Positions 27,185 through 33,876 of a DNA stretch of 33,876 nt are shown in pieces. Each line of letters starts with the position of its first letter. Position 1 is the first letter of the stretch. The notes beneath the pieces are model-generated. The model did no database searches. It was not told the origin of the DNA and was given only the letters and a program-made list of their open reading frames with translations. The stretch lies in the NCBI GenBank assembly GCA_041491185.1, contig JBGPUQ010000001.1, positions 1 to 33,876 on the forward strand. Direction: 5' to 3'. Source of the DNA: Nitrospiria bacterium. Its GTDB lineage: Bacteria > Nitrospirota > Nitrospiria > JACQCE01. The position numbers and the translations under genes were made by a program.

Positions 27185-27958
27185 ATGGTCGGTGATGGCT
27201 GGGTGATCTGTGTGGCGACTGCGCAAGAAGTTCACCCATTGAAGCGGCCGTTGTCGTTACGCGGCAGTGGGCAACCCTCTCCCTATCCGATCTTTGAGGG
27301 GACCTGCGGCGGGAAACCGGTGCTCGTGCTGCAGACCGGCGTGGGACCGCAGCGGGCCGCGAGCGCGTCGTCGTGGGTGCTGAGCACGCGGCGATGCGCG
27401 GGGTTGATCTCGCTCGGCATCTCCGGCGGCCTTCATGCCTCGCTGGTTCGCGGGTCAATCGTCATTGGGCGCCGGTGGGTCTGCCTCGAGGGTCAACCGG
27501 TGATGCGCCGGACGGTGGGCCCGTCGGCTGATCCATCAATGCTCGATCGGGCATTTTCCGCCGCCGCCGCGTGCGGCCTGACCCTCCGTGAGGGGCCGCT
27601 TCTCACCATCGATCGGGTGGTCGGCGCGCCGGAAAAGCGGGCGTTGGCCGAAGAGACGGGCGCGATTGCCGTGGATATGGAAAGCGGCGCCGTGGCCGGG
27701 GCCGCCATGGCGGCTTCGGTGAGCTGCGTGGCGGTCCGGGCGATTCTCGATCCGCTGGATCAAACGCTGGCGCTTCTCCCCGAACAGTTTCTCCGCCCGG
27801 ATGGGAGCCTGTCGTTGTGGAAGAGTGGTCGCATGCTGGCGATGCACCCCGGTGCCTGGCCGACGCTGCTGGCGTTGGGTCGATCCAGTTCCCGATCGAT
27901 GGGGCACCTGGCCCGGTGGGTTGACCGGTTTCTCAATGCTGCCGGTTCAGAAGTGTGA
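27185..27958 (+). CDS. hpnG: Hopanoid-associated nucleosidase/phosphorylase HpnG (PNP_UDP_1 family)
   Basis: Nucleoside phosphorylase-like fold pattern (VLVLQTGVGPQRAA...ISLGISGGL...AVDMESGAVA). Located directly downstream of shc. Confidence 0.7.
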   Translation: MVGDGWVICVATAQEVHPLKRPLSLRGSGQPSPYPIFEGTCGGKPVLVLQTGVGPQRAASASSWVLSTRRCAGLISLGISGGLHASLVRGSIVIGRRWVCLEGQPVMRRTVGPSADPSMLDRAFSAAAACGLTLREGPLLTIDRVVGAPEKRALAEETGAIAVDMESGAVAGAAMAASVSCVAVRAILDPLDQTLALLPEQFLRPDGSLSLWKSGRMLAMHPGAWPTLLALGRSSSRSMGHLARWVDRFLNAAGSEV

Positions 27959-28052
27959 CCGGCCGGCACGTTCTGGAAACGATTGCATCGGGATGAATGC
28001 ACTGCCGGTGCCTCCGTGCGGCGGGAATCATTCCGGGTTGTTCTCATCTTTT

Positions 28053-28081
28053 TTGACAAAGCTCGTGCTGTTCAATAGAAT
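28053..28081 (+). promoter_or_regulatory. Near-consensus sigma-70 promoter upstream of the cytochrome b gene
   Basis: TTGACA (28053-28058), 17-nt spacer, TAGAAT (28076-28081). RBS AGGAGG at 28095-28100. Confidence 0.55.
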
Positions 28082-28104
28082 GGTGACCCGTTTCAGGAGG
28101 TGAT

Positions 28105-29292
28105 ATGGCAACGCAGGGATTCTGGGTCCGTTTCGATCAGTGGTGCCGTCTGAGCCGATTGCGTTTTCCTGTCCCCGCTCATTCCAAACACCTGTTCTAT
28201 GCTTTGGGCGGGATCACCTTTGTGGGGTTCCTGATTCTTTTTTTGACCGGTCTGTATTTGACTCAATTTTTTGATCCTCATCCCGATGCGGCGGAGCAGA
28301 GCGTTCGAGCGCTGATGGAGAAGGTGCCGGGCGGAGGGTTCATGCGCTCGATGCATTACTGGACGGCCCAGGCGGTGATGATCGCGCTCGGCTTTCATGT
28401 GCTGCGGGTCTTTATCACCGGGGCCTACAAGTTTCCACGGGTCATGACCTGGTACCTGGGGGTGGGGTTGTTCTTTACCGCCATGATGGGTTCCTACTTC
28501 TCGGGCACGGTGATGAAGTGGGACCAGGAGGGTTTTGAGGCGCTTCACCATTACAAGGTGGTCATGGAGACCCTCGGTCCTCTGGGCTATTGGTTCGGTG
28601 AGACGCTGACGGGCGCGGTCTCGCTGAACCTCCGGATGTACACCTACCATATCATCTTGGCTCCCCTGGTGATTATTCTGCTGGTGGCGGGTCACTTCTA
28701 TCTGATCCACGTGTTTAATATCTCTCCATTGCCGTATGGTGCCGCCGCGAGGCAGACCGAAGTCCCACGTGAAGAACTGACGGGGACCTTTACGGAACAC
28801 CTGTGGAGCATTGCGCGGTTCAGCCTGATCTATTACGGCGCGGTGGTCGTTTTGTCCATCCTCAATCCGGCTCCGTTGGGGGTGGCGCGGTTGGATCATT
28901 TTACGGGAGAAAAACCTCCCTGGCTCTTTCTCTGGATGTACGGGGTTGAGCATTTTGCGGGCATCGCGGGAATTATTTATGGAAGTGCGGCATTGTTGAT
29001 ATTGTTGTTCTTGATCCCGATTGTTGATCGAGGGGCGAGTCGCGATCCCAGGGAGCGCCGGGGAATTTTGGCCGTTGGGCTGGTGGCCATCGTCGTGATC
29101 ACAGGTTTTTCCCTCTTTGCGTGGTTTGCGCCCCCGGAGGTACACCATGCTCACGGGGGACATCACCTGGAAGAACCGGCCTTGCCACCGCATCAACATG
29201 AGGGAATGCCGACGGAGGGAGCACAACAGCCGGCAGGGGAAGAAGCCCCATCTTCCCACAGTCATACTCATGAGGAAAGCGATCACCAGTAA
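28105..29292 (+). CDS. Fused cytochrome b (b6 + subunit IV-like) with His-rich C-terminal tail
   Basis: Heme ligand pairs H-x13-H (HYWTAQAVMIALGFH) and H-x14-H (HIILAPLVIILLVAGH). PPWL sits at the position of the PEWY Qo motif (GEKPPWLFLWMYGV). Tail is EVHHAHGGHHLEEPALPPHQHEG...SHSHTHEESDHQ. Confidence 0.85.
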   Translation: MATQGFWVRFDQWCRLSRLRFPVPAHSKHLFYALGGITFVGFLILFLTGLYLTQFFDPHPDAAEQSVRALMEKVPGGGFMRSMHYWTAQAVMIALGFHVLRVFITGAYKFPRVMTWYLGVGLFFTAMMGSYFSGTVMKWDQEGFEALHHYKVVMETLGPLGYWFGETLTGAVSLNLRMYTYHIILAPLVIILLVAGHFYLIHVFNISPLPYGAAARQTEVPREELTGTFTEHLWSIARFSLIYYGAVVVLSILNPAPLGVARLDHFTGEKPPWLFLWMYGVEHFAGIAGIIYGSAALLILLFLIPIVDRGASRDPRERRGILAVGLVAIVVITGFSLFAWFAPPEVHHAHGGHHLEEPALPPHQHEGMPTEGAQQPAGEEAPSSHSHTHEESDHQ

Positions 29293-29333
29293 GCGGACAG
29301 GTCACACAGCAACGACAGAACAAGAAAACGGGC

Positions 29334-29363
29334 TTGACAATGTCAGAAGAATTCCGCTATCAT
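29334..29363 (+). promoter_or_regulatory. Candidate sigma-70 promoter inside the cytochrome b - cytochrome c spacer
   Basis: TTGACA (29334-29339), 18-nt spacer, TATCAT (29358-29363). This predicts a ~260-nt leader. Confidence 0.45.
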
Positions 29364-29628
29364 GCCGCGTCGAAACTGAATGAATTGTATCGATACGTCG
29401 TCTCTCCGACTGGTGGAAGGCAGTGTTGTCGTGGTCGCAGGCGCAAGACCGCAGAGCCGGCTAGCCTGAGAGAGGGGGTGGGGACGCAAACAGAGAAGTA
29501 TCCAGCTCTTCGAATCATCAGGATGGTGTTGTCAGGGCAGGGAAAGCGCATGGCCGATACATCGGTGCATGCCTTTCCGGACGAGGGATAGAACGAACCA
29601 TCATTCTCATTGTGGAGGACAGAGAACC

Positions 29629-30081
29629 ATGGGCAAGCAGATGTTGAAGATCGGTGCAGTATCGGTGTTGGTTGGCGTCATCGGTGTGGCAGTGGCCATG
29701 TCGGCAGAGAAAGATCCCTTGGTGGCTCGTGTGCCGCCGGCCGAGATTGCCGCCGCCAAGGCCGCGAAAAATCCATTTCAGGGCAACCCGGCCGCGGCCG
29801 CCGAGGGAAAGATGATCTTTGAGGGCAAGGGAACCTGTTTTACCTGTCACGGGATGGAAGGAAAGGGCGATGGACCGGCGGCGACCGGACTTGATCCCTC
29901 TCCGCGCAATTTCACCAATTCGGCGTTTGAGAAAGCGAAGACGCCGGGTGAGATGATGTGGATACTTAGAAACGGCAGCGCAGGCACGGCCATGATCCCG
30001 GTCGTGGGAGCGGTGATCACGGAAGAAGAGGGTTGGAAGGCGATCCTCTATGAGCGGAGCCTCGGCGGCGAAAAGCCGTAA
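29629..30081 (+). CDS. Monoheme c-type cytochrome (class I) with signal peptide/anchor
   Basis: MGKQMLKIGAVSVLVGVIGVAVAMS, then the CFTCHG heme motif and a distal GTAMIP. RBS GGAGGA at 29614-29619. Confidence 0.85.
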   Translation: MGKQMLKIGAVSVLVGVIGVAVAMSAEKDPLVARVPPAEIAAAKAAKNPFQGNPAAAAEGKMIFEGKGTCFTCHGMEGKGDGPAATGLDPSPRNFTNSAFEKAKTPGEMMWILRNGSAGTAMIPVVGAVITEEEGWKAILYERSLGGEKP

Positions 30082-30158
30082 GGGGCGCCGTCGTCCAACC
30101 CGGGAATCAATCCTCGGGTTGACCGGATGACTCGGAGTACCTGAGAAGATGTTGGAGA

Positions 30159-30198
30159 GGAAAGGGGAGGCTGTTCGGCTTCCCCTTTCCTTTTTCTT
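30159..30198 (+). terminator. Rho-independent terminator after the cytochrome c gene
   Basis: GGAAAGGGGAGGC-TGTTCG-GCTTCCCCTTTCC (13-bp stem including one G-U pair) followed by TTTTTCTT. Confidence 0.8.
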
Positions 30199-30228
30199 GC
30201 CAATCGAAATTGACGTATTCATGCATCG

Positions 30229-31251
30229 ATGATCGACGTTGACCAGTTGACCAAACGGTACGGATCCCTGACGGCGATCGAACAGGTGAGTGTTCGGGTT
30301 GAGGCCGGCGAGGTGGTGGCCTTTTTGGGCCCGAACGGCGCCGGGAAAACGACCACGATGCGGATCATCACCGGTGCGATTCCGGCGACATCCGGTCATG
30401 TGCGGGTGGCCGGGTACGACATCACCGACGCTCCCCTTGAGGTCAAACGCCGGATCGGGTATCTGCCGGATGTGCCACCGCTTCACATGGAAATGACCGT
30501 CACCGAATATCTGCGGTATGTGGCGAGGATTAAAGGGGTGGCGCGCGTGAATGTCCGGGCTGCTGTTGACCGGACCGTCGATCGGTGCGCGCTCGGGCAG
30601 GTGCGAGGACGATTGATCGGTAATCTGTCGCGCGGCTATCGACAGCGGGTCGGGCTGGCGCAGGCGCTGATCCACGATCCCCCCGTGCTGATCTTGGACG
30701 AGCCGACCACCGGGCTTGATCCCAAGCAAATCATCGAAATTCGGGAACTGATCAAAACACTGGCGGGCGATCATACGGTCGTGCTGAGTACGCACATCCT
30801 GCCCGAGGCGACGGCGATCTGTCAGCGGGTAATCATCATCCATCAGGGGCGGGTGGTGGCGGTCGATACGCCGGAACGGTTGGCGGCGCAGCTTCGGGGG
30901 GCGGCGCAATTGATGGTCACACTGTGTCGTCCATCGCCGTCGCTGCGCGAGAGTCTGGTCCGGATGCCCGGGGTGCTGGCGGTCTCCGTGCGGGAACCGG
31001 CGGCTTCGACCGGCGATGGGCCGACCGCGTGGATCATCGAGTGTGAGCGGGGGCGGGATCTTCGCGAGGGGGTGGCGCGAGCGGTGGTGGCCGGCGACGG
31101 CGGGCTGATGGAGTTGACATCGCTGGCGATGACTCTGGAGGAGGTCTTCCTGCAGTTGACGGCCGACGAGCCCGCTCGGGACAACGCGGTGGTCCAGGAT
31201 ATGCCCGGCCGGGTCCACGACAGTCCCACGTCGCCGACGGGGATGGGATGA
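30229..31251 (+). CDS. ABC transporter ATP-binding protein (ABC-2 / GldA-like)
   Basis: Walker A GPNGAGKTT, signature LSRGYRQR, Walker B LILDEPTTGLD. Confidence 0.9.
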   Translation: MIDVDQLTKRYGSLTAIEQVSVRVEAGEVVAFLGPNGAGKTTTMRIITGAIPATSGHVRVAGYDITDAPLEVKRRIGYLPDVPPLHMEMTVTEYLRYVARIKGVARVNVRAAVDRTVDRCALGQVRGRLIGNLSRGYRQRVGLAQALIHDPPVLILDEPTTGLDPKQIIEIRELIKTLAGDHTVVLSTHILPEATAICQRVIIIHQGRVVAVDTPERLAAQLRGAAQLMVTLCRPSPSLRESLVRMPGVLAVSVREPAASTGDGPTAWIIECERGRDLREGVARAVVAGDGGLMELTSLAMTLEEVFLQLTADEPARDNAVVQDMPGRVHDSPTSPTGMG

Positions 31252-32018
31252 ACAAGTTTTTGGCGATTTTCATCCGGGAGTTCCGTTCGCTGGTCGTATC
31301 GCCGATTGCCGCGGTCTGCGTCTCCATGTTTTTATTCGTGACCGGCTATCTCTTCTATACCATCGTGGTGGCGGCGAGCATGCAGACGCGCATGATGCTG
31401 CGTATGCAGCAGATGCTGCCCCAGCTCAACCCGAATGACGTGATTCTGGAGCCCGCATTCCGGAATTTCAGCGTGATTTTGTTGCTGATCGTCCCCGTGC
31501 TGACGATGCGTCTGATCGCTGAAGAAAAAAAACAGAAAACGAGCGAGTTGTTACTCACCTCGCCGGTGACGATCAGCCAGATCGTTCTTGGAAAATATGC
31601 CGCGGTGCTGGCCTTGTACGCGATGATGCTGGGGCTGACGCTCTACATGCCGCTGTTGTTGGACCGGTTCGGCACCGTCTCGTGGTGGCCGGTGTTGTCG
31701 GGTTATGTGGGATTATTCCTGGTCGGGGCGGTTTTTCTGGCTGTCGGTCTGCTGGCCTCGGCGTTGACCGAGAACCAGATGATTGCCGCGATGATCAGCT
31801 TTACGCTGTTGTTGTTCCTGTGGCTGGTGGGTTGGGCCGGAGCGGCGACCGCGGATTCCGACGTCGGGCGCGTGCTGTCGTATTTATCGATGTTGGGGCA
31901 CCTCAATAACTTTTTAAGCGGGTTGATCGATACCAGGGACGTCGTCTATCTGCTGGGGTTGATCGTCGTCAGCCTGTTTGTGACGCACCGTATTGTGGAG
32001 TCGTATCGATGGCGGTAG
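31248..32018 (+). CDS. ABC-2 type permease (GldF-like)
   Basis: Six predicted TM segments. ATGA start/stop overlap with the ATPase gene. Confidence 0.8.
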   Translation: MNKFLAIFIREFRSLVVSPIAAVCVSMFLFVTGYLFYTIVVAASMQTRMMLRMQQMLPQLNPNDVILEPAFRNFSVILLLIVPVLTMRLIAEEKKQKTSELLLTSPVTISQIVLGKYAAVLALYAMMLGLTLYMPLLLDRFGTVSWWPVLSGYVGLFLVGAVFLAVGLLASALTENQMIAAMISFTLLLFLWLVGWAGAATADSDVGRVLSYLSMLGHLNNFLSGLIDTRDVVYLLGLIVVSLFVTHRIVESYRWR

Positions 32019-33598
32019 GCGAGGGCCGGCGCGACCGCTGGGCCAGACGGGCCGGTGTGCTGGGTGTTGGTTTTGCGGTGACCGGGCTTTCGGCCTACGC
32101 GCTGTGGCCGCAGTTTCCACGGGTGGCCAGCGTGCTGGAAGGGGCCGCACTCCTGTGTTTTGTCTTCTACGTGACGGTCAATGCCAAGGCCATTCGCGTG
32201 GCCTCATCGGGGCGAACCGCCCGACTGGGTCTGCACAGCACCCTGCTGGTGATCGTCGTGGTCGCCATCGTCGGTCTGGTGAATACGCTGGCCGCCCGTC
32301 ACAATGTCCGGTGGGATCTTTCGGGGTCGGGCAAATTCTCGCTGGCGCCGCAGACAATCAAGATCCTGAAAGGGCTGGATCGTGATGTGACGATGACGCT
32401 GTTTGTCCAGGATTCGGACCCGTCCAAGGAGATGCTGCAGGGGTTGGCGGAGAGCTACCAGCACGACACGTTCCGGATCAAGATCGTCTCGATTGATCCC
32501 GATAAGCATCCGGCGGTGGCCAAACAGTATGGGATCACGCAATACAACACCGTGGTGGTTGAAAGCGGCGGCCAATCGACGAGGATGCGGTTTTCGAACC
32601 AGCAGGAACTGGACAATCGGGAACAGCAGTTTACGAACGCGCTGATTCGCGTGACGCGCACCGAGAAGAAACGGATCGCCTTCCTGGAGGGGCACGGGGA
32701 ACACCGGACGGATGACGTCGGCCAGAACGGGTTTTCACTGGTGAAGGAAGCCCTCGAGCATGAGGGATACAACGTGTCCAGTCTCGTCCTGGCCCAACAG
32801 GGACAGGTGCCTGAGAAGATGGCGGCCATCGTGATCGACGGCCCGACCAAGACGATCGCGCCGCAGGAGGTTGAGATCCTGCGCAATTATCTGAACGCGG
32901 GCGGCCGTCTCCTGGTGATGGTCGATCCGCTGGTGACCAGCGGGCTGGATGCCCTGCTGGCCGATTGGGGCGTCACGCTCGACAACGATCTGGTGATCGA
33001 GACCTCGAGTCCGCTGTTTGGGGCGGGGCTTGAGGTCGTTGTGGCCAGCCACTATTCAACCAGCCATCCGATTACGAAAGAGTTTACGCTGGCCACGGCA
33101 TTCCCGGCGGCGCGAAGCCTGCGATTCGATGAGTCCAAGAAGGGGCCCCTGCAATCCGACCCGTTGATTACCACCAGCGACAAAAGCTGGGGGGAGACCG
33201 ATCTGAAAAATCCGCAGGTCAGTCTGGACCGTCTCCGTGATATTGCGGGACCGCTCCAGATCGCGATGGCGGTCCGTCCGGGAACCCCTCGTGAGGACGA
33301 TCACGCACCGACAACGGGGCCCAATCGCGCGGCCCGGTTGGTCGTCTTTGGAGATGCGGATTTTGCGACCAACAATTTTTTCCGTCTTCTTGGCAACGGG
33401 GATCTCTTCCTCAATACGCTAAACTGGCTGGGGGAGCAGGAAGATGTCATCTCCATCCGCCCCAAGGAAGCCAGGCTGAGTCCGCTGATTCTCAACAATA
33501 GTCAGGAAGAGACGCTCTTTCTCGTCTCGTTGGTGCTGTTTCCCGGCGTGGTGTTGCTGGTCGGGCTGGGCGCGTGGCAATGGCGACGGCGGTTATAG
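32009..33598 (+). CDS. GldG-like ABC-transport auxiliary component
   Basis: N- and C-terminal TM anchors flanking a large soluble domain. The GldG-family assignment rests on typical architecture and context (NRIVVFGD-type motif ARLVVFGDADFATN). It overlaps the permease gene by 10 nt. Confidence 0.75.
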   Translation: MAVGEGRRDRWARRAGVLGVGFAVTGLSAYALWPQFPRVASVLEGAALLCFVFYVTVNAKAIRVASSGRTARLGLHSTLLVIVVVAIVGLVNTLAARHNVRWDLSGSGKFSLAPQTIKILKGLDRDVTMTLFVQDSDPSKEMLQGLAESYQHDTFRIKIVSIDPDKHPAVAKQYGITQYNTVVVESGGQSTRMRFSNQQELDNREQQFTNALIRVTRTEKKRIAFLEGHGEHRTDDVGQNGFSLVKEALEHEGYNVSSLVLAQQGQVPEKMAAIVIDGPTKTIAPQEVEILRNYLNAGGRLLVMVDPLVTSGLDALLADWGVTLDNDLVIETSSPLFGAGLEVVVASHYSTSHPITKEFTLATAFPAARSLRFDESKKGPLQSDPLITTSDKSWGETDLKNPQVSLDRLRDIAGPLQIAMAVRPGTPREDDHAPTTGPNRAARLVVFGDADFATNNFFRLLGNGDLFLNTLNWLGEQEDVISIRPKEARLSPLILNNSQEETLFLVSLVLFPGVVLLVGLGAWQWRRRL

Positions 33599-33646
33599 TT
33601 CCGGCGCGGATGCGGGGTCATCGATCCTGAAATTGTCGGGAGGGTG

Positions 33647-33876
33647 ATGACGATCGGACTGAAACGCCGGGGTGGGTTGCTGCTATTGGTGCTGGTGTTG
33701 GCGATTCTGGCCGCCTATGTGTGGTTGATCGACCTCCCCCGCGAGCAGGCGGCCCAGAAAGCCGCGGAGCAGACCGACAAGCTGTTATCATCAGACCCCA
33801 CCGCCGCCTCGGCGCTGGTCCTGGTCAACGGCGACTCCACGATTCGTCTCTTCAAGGATGCGTCCGAACGATGGAG
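33647..33876 (+). CDS. DUF4340-like protein, N-terminal part (runs off the right edge)
   Basis: My own translation gives MTIGLKRRGGLLLLVLVLAILAAYVWLIDLPREQAAQKAAEQTDKLLSSDPTAASALVLVNGDSTIRLFKDASERW. It has a single N-terminal TM segment. Its position after a gldG-like gene is typical of DUF4340. Confidence 0.55.
   Translation, partial: MTIGLKRRGGLLLLVLVLAILAAYVWLIDLPREQAAQKAAEQTDKLLSSDPTAASALVLVNGDSTIRLFKDASERW

Noticed and set aside
25127-27235. 702-aa ORF on the minus strand.
   Set aside because: Antisense to squalene-hopene cyclase. Shadow ORF.
27976-27990. CTGGAAACGATTGCA upstream of the cytochrome b gene as a sigma-54 promoter.
   Set aside because: The GG-to-GC spacing is two nucleotides too short. 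A near-consensus sigma-70 promoter (28053-28081) explains expression.
29440-29560. Resemblance to a TPP riboswitch (GCCTGAGAG ... ATCATCAGGATGG ... CAGGGAAAG) and to the GEMM c-di-GMP riboswitch (GGGACGCAAAC).
   Set aside because: Only isolated short words match. The conserved ACCC / CCTGATCTGG core of TPP and the GCAAA...GACGCAAAGCC tetraloop-receptor layout of GEMM are not present in the right order or pairing context. A TPP switch before a cytochrome c also makes little sense.
28093-31218. Minus-strand ORFs of 397 aa (28093..29286) and 566 aa (29518..31218).
   Set aside because: Antisense to the cytochrome b, cytochrome c and ABC ATPase genes. No recognisable motifs, and Arg/Pro/His-rich.

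Overview
High-GC (roughly 60-65% by eye) bacterial chromosomal window. No database search was possible, so every family call rests on motifs read directly from the translations. My phylum guess (Nitrospirota-, Acidobacteriota- or Deltaproteobacteria-like) is weak and based only on the hopanoid genes, the many sigma-54 components and the repeat style. Left to right: (1) the edge of a defence island next to tRNA-Gln(CUG), with a partial AbiEi antitoxin gene and its repeat operator, a type I restriction HsdR with no hsdM/hsdS in view, and an AT-rich junction; (2) gltX immediately upstream of tRNA-Gln on the same strand; (3) a type IV pilus / sigma-54 regulatory region: pilD, a PAS histidine kinase, a convergent 71-aa ORF with its own -24/-12 promoter, a REC-AAA+ sigma-54 response regulator, a second sigma-54 activator with an unrecognised ~390-aa N-terminal domain, and a four-gene minor-(pseudo)pilin operon; (4) a perfect sigma-54 promoter in front of an MshEN-domain (predicted c-di-GMP receptor) protein; (5) phoH-ybeY-ftsY, a PocR-GAF-GGDEF cyclase and uvrB; (6) a DUF4321 gene and the hopanoid genes hpnH-shc-hpnG; (7) a Rieske-less fused cytochrome b with a His-rich tail plus a monoheme cytochrome c; (8) a GldA/F/G-like ABC module followed by a DUF4340 gene. 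No single obviously new multi-gene system stands out. The features least explained by ordinary annotation are several families of small repeats. One is a ~46-49 nt palindromic element with four copies, two of them in frame inside pilV and ybeY. Another is a set of inverted arrays of tandem heptamers or octamers directly after stop codons. There is also a G-quadruplex-type heptamer array and a near-identical 105-bp tandem duplication. Also notable is the sigma-54 / c-di-GMP wiring around the pilin genes. The long ORFs antisense to real genes are treated as high-GC shadow ORFs.
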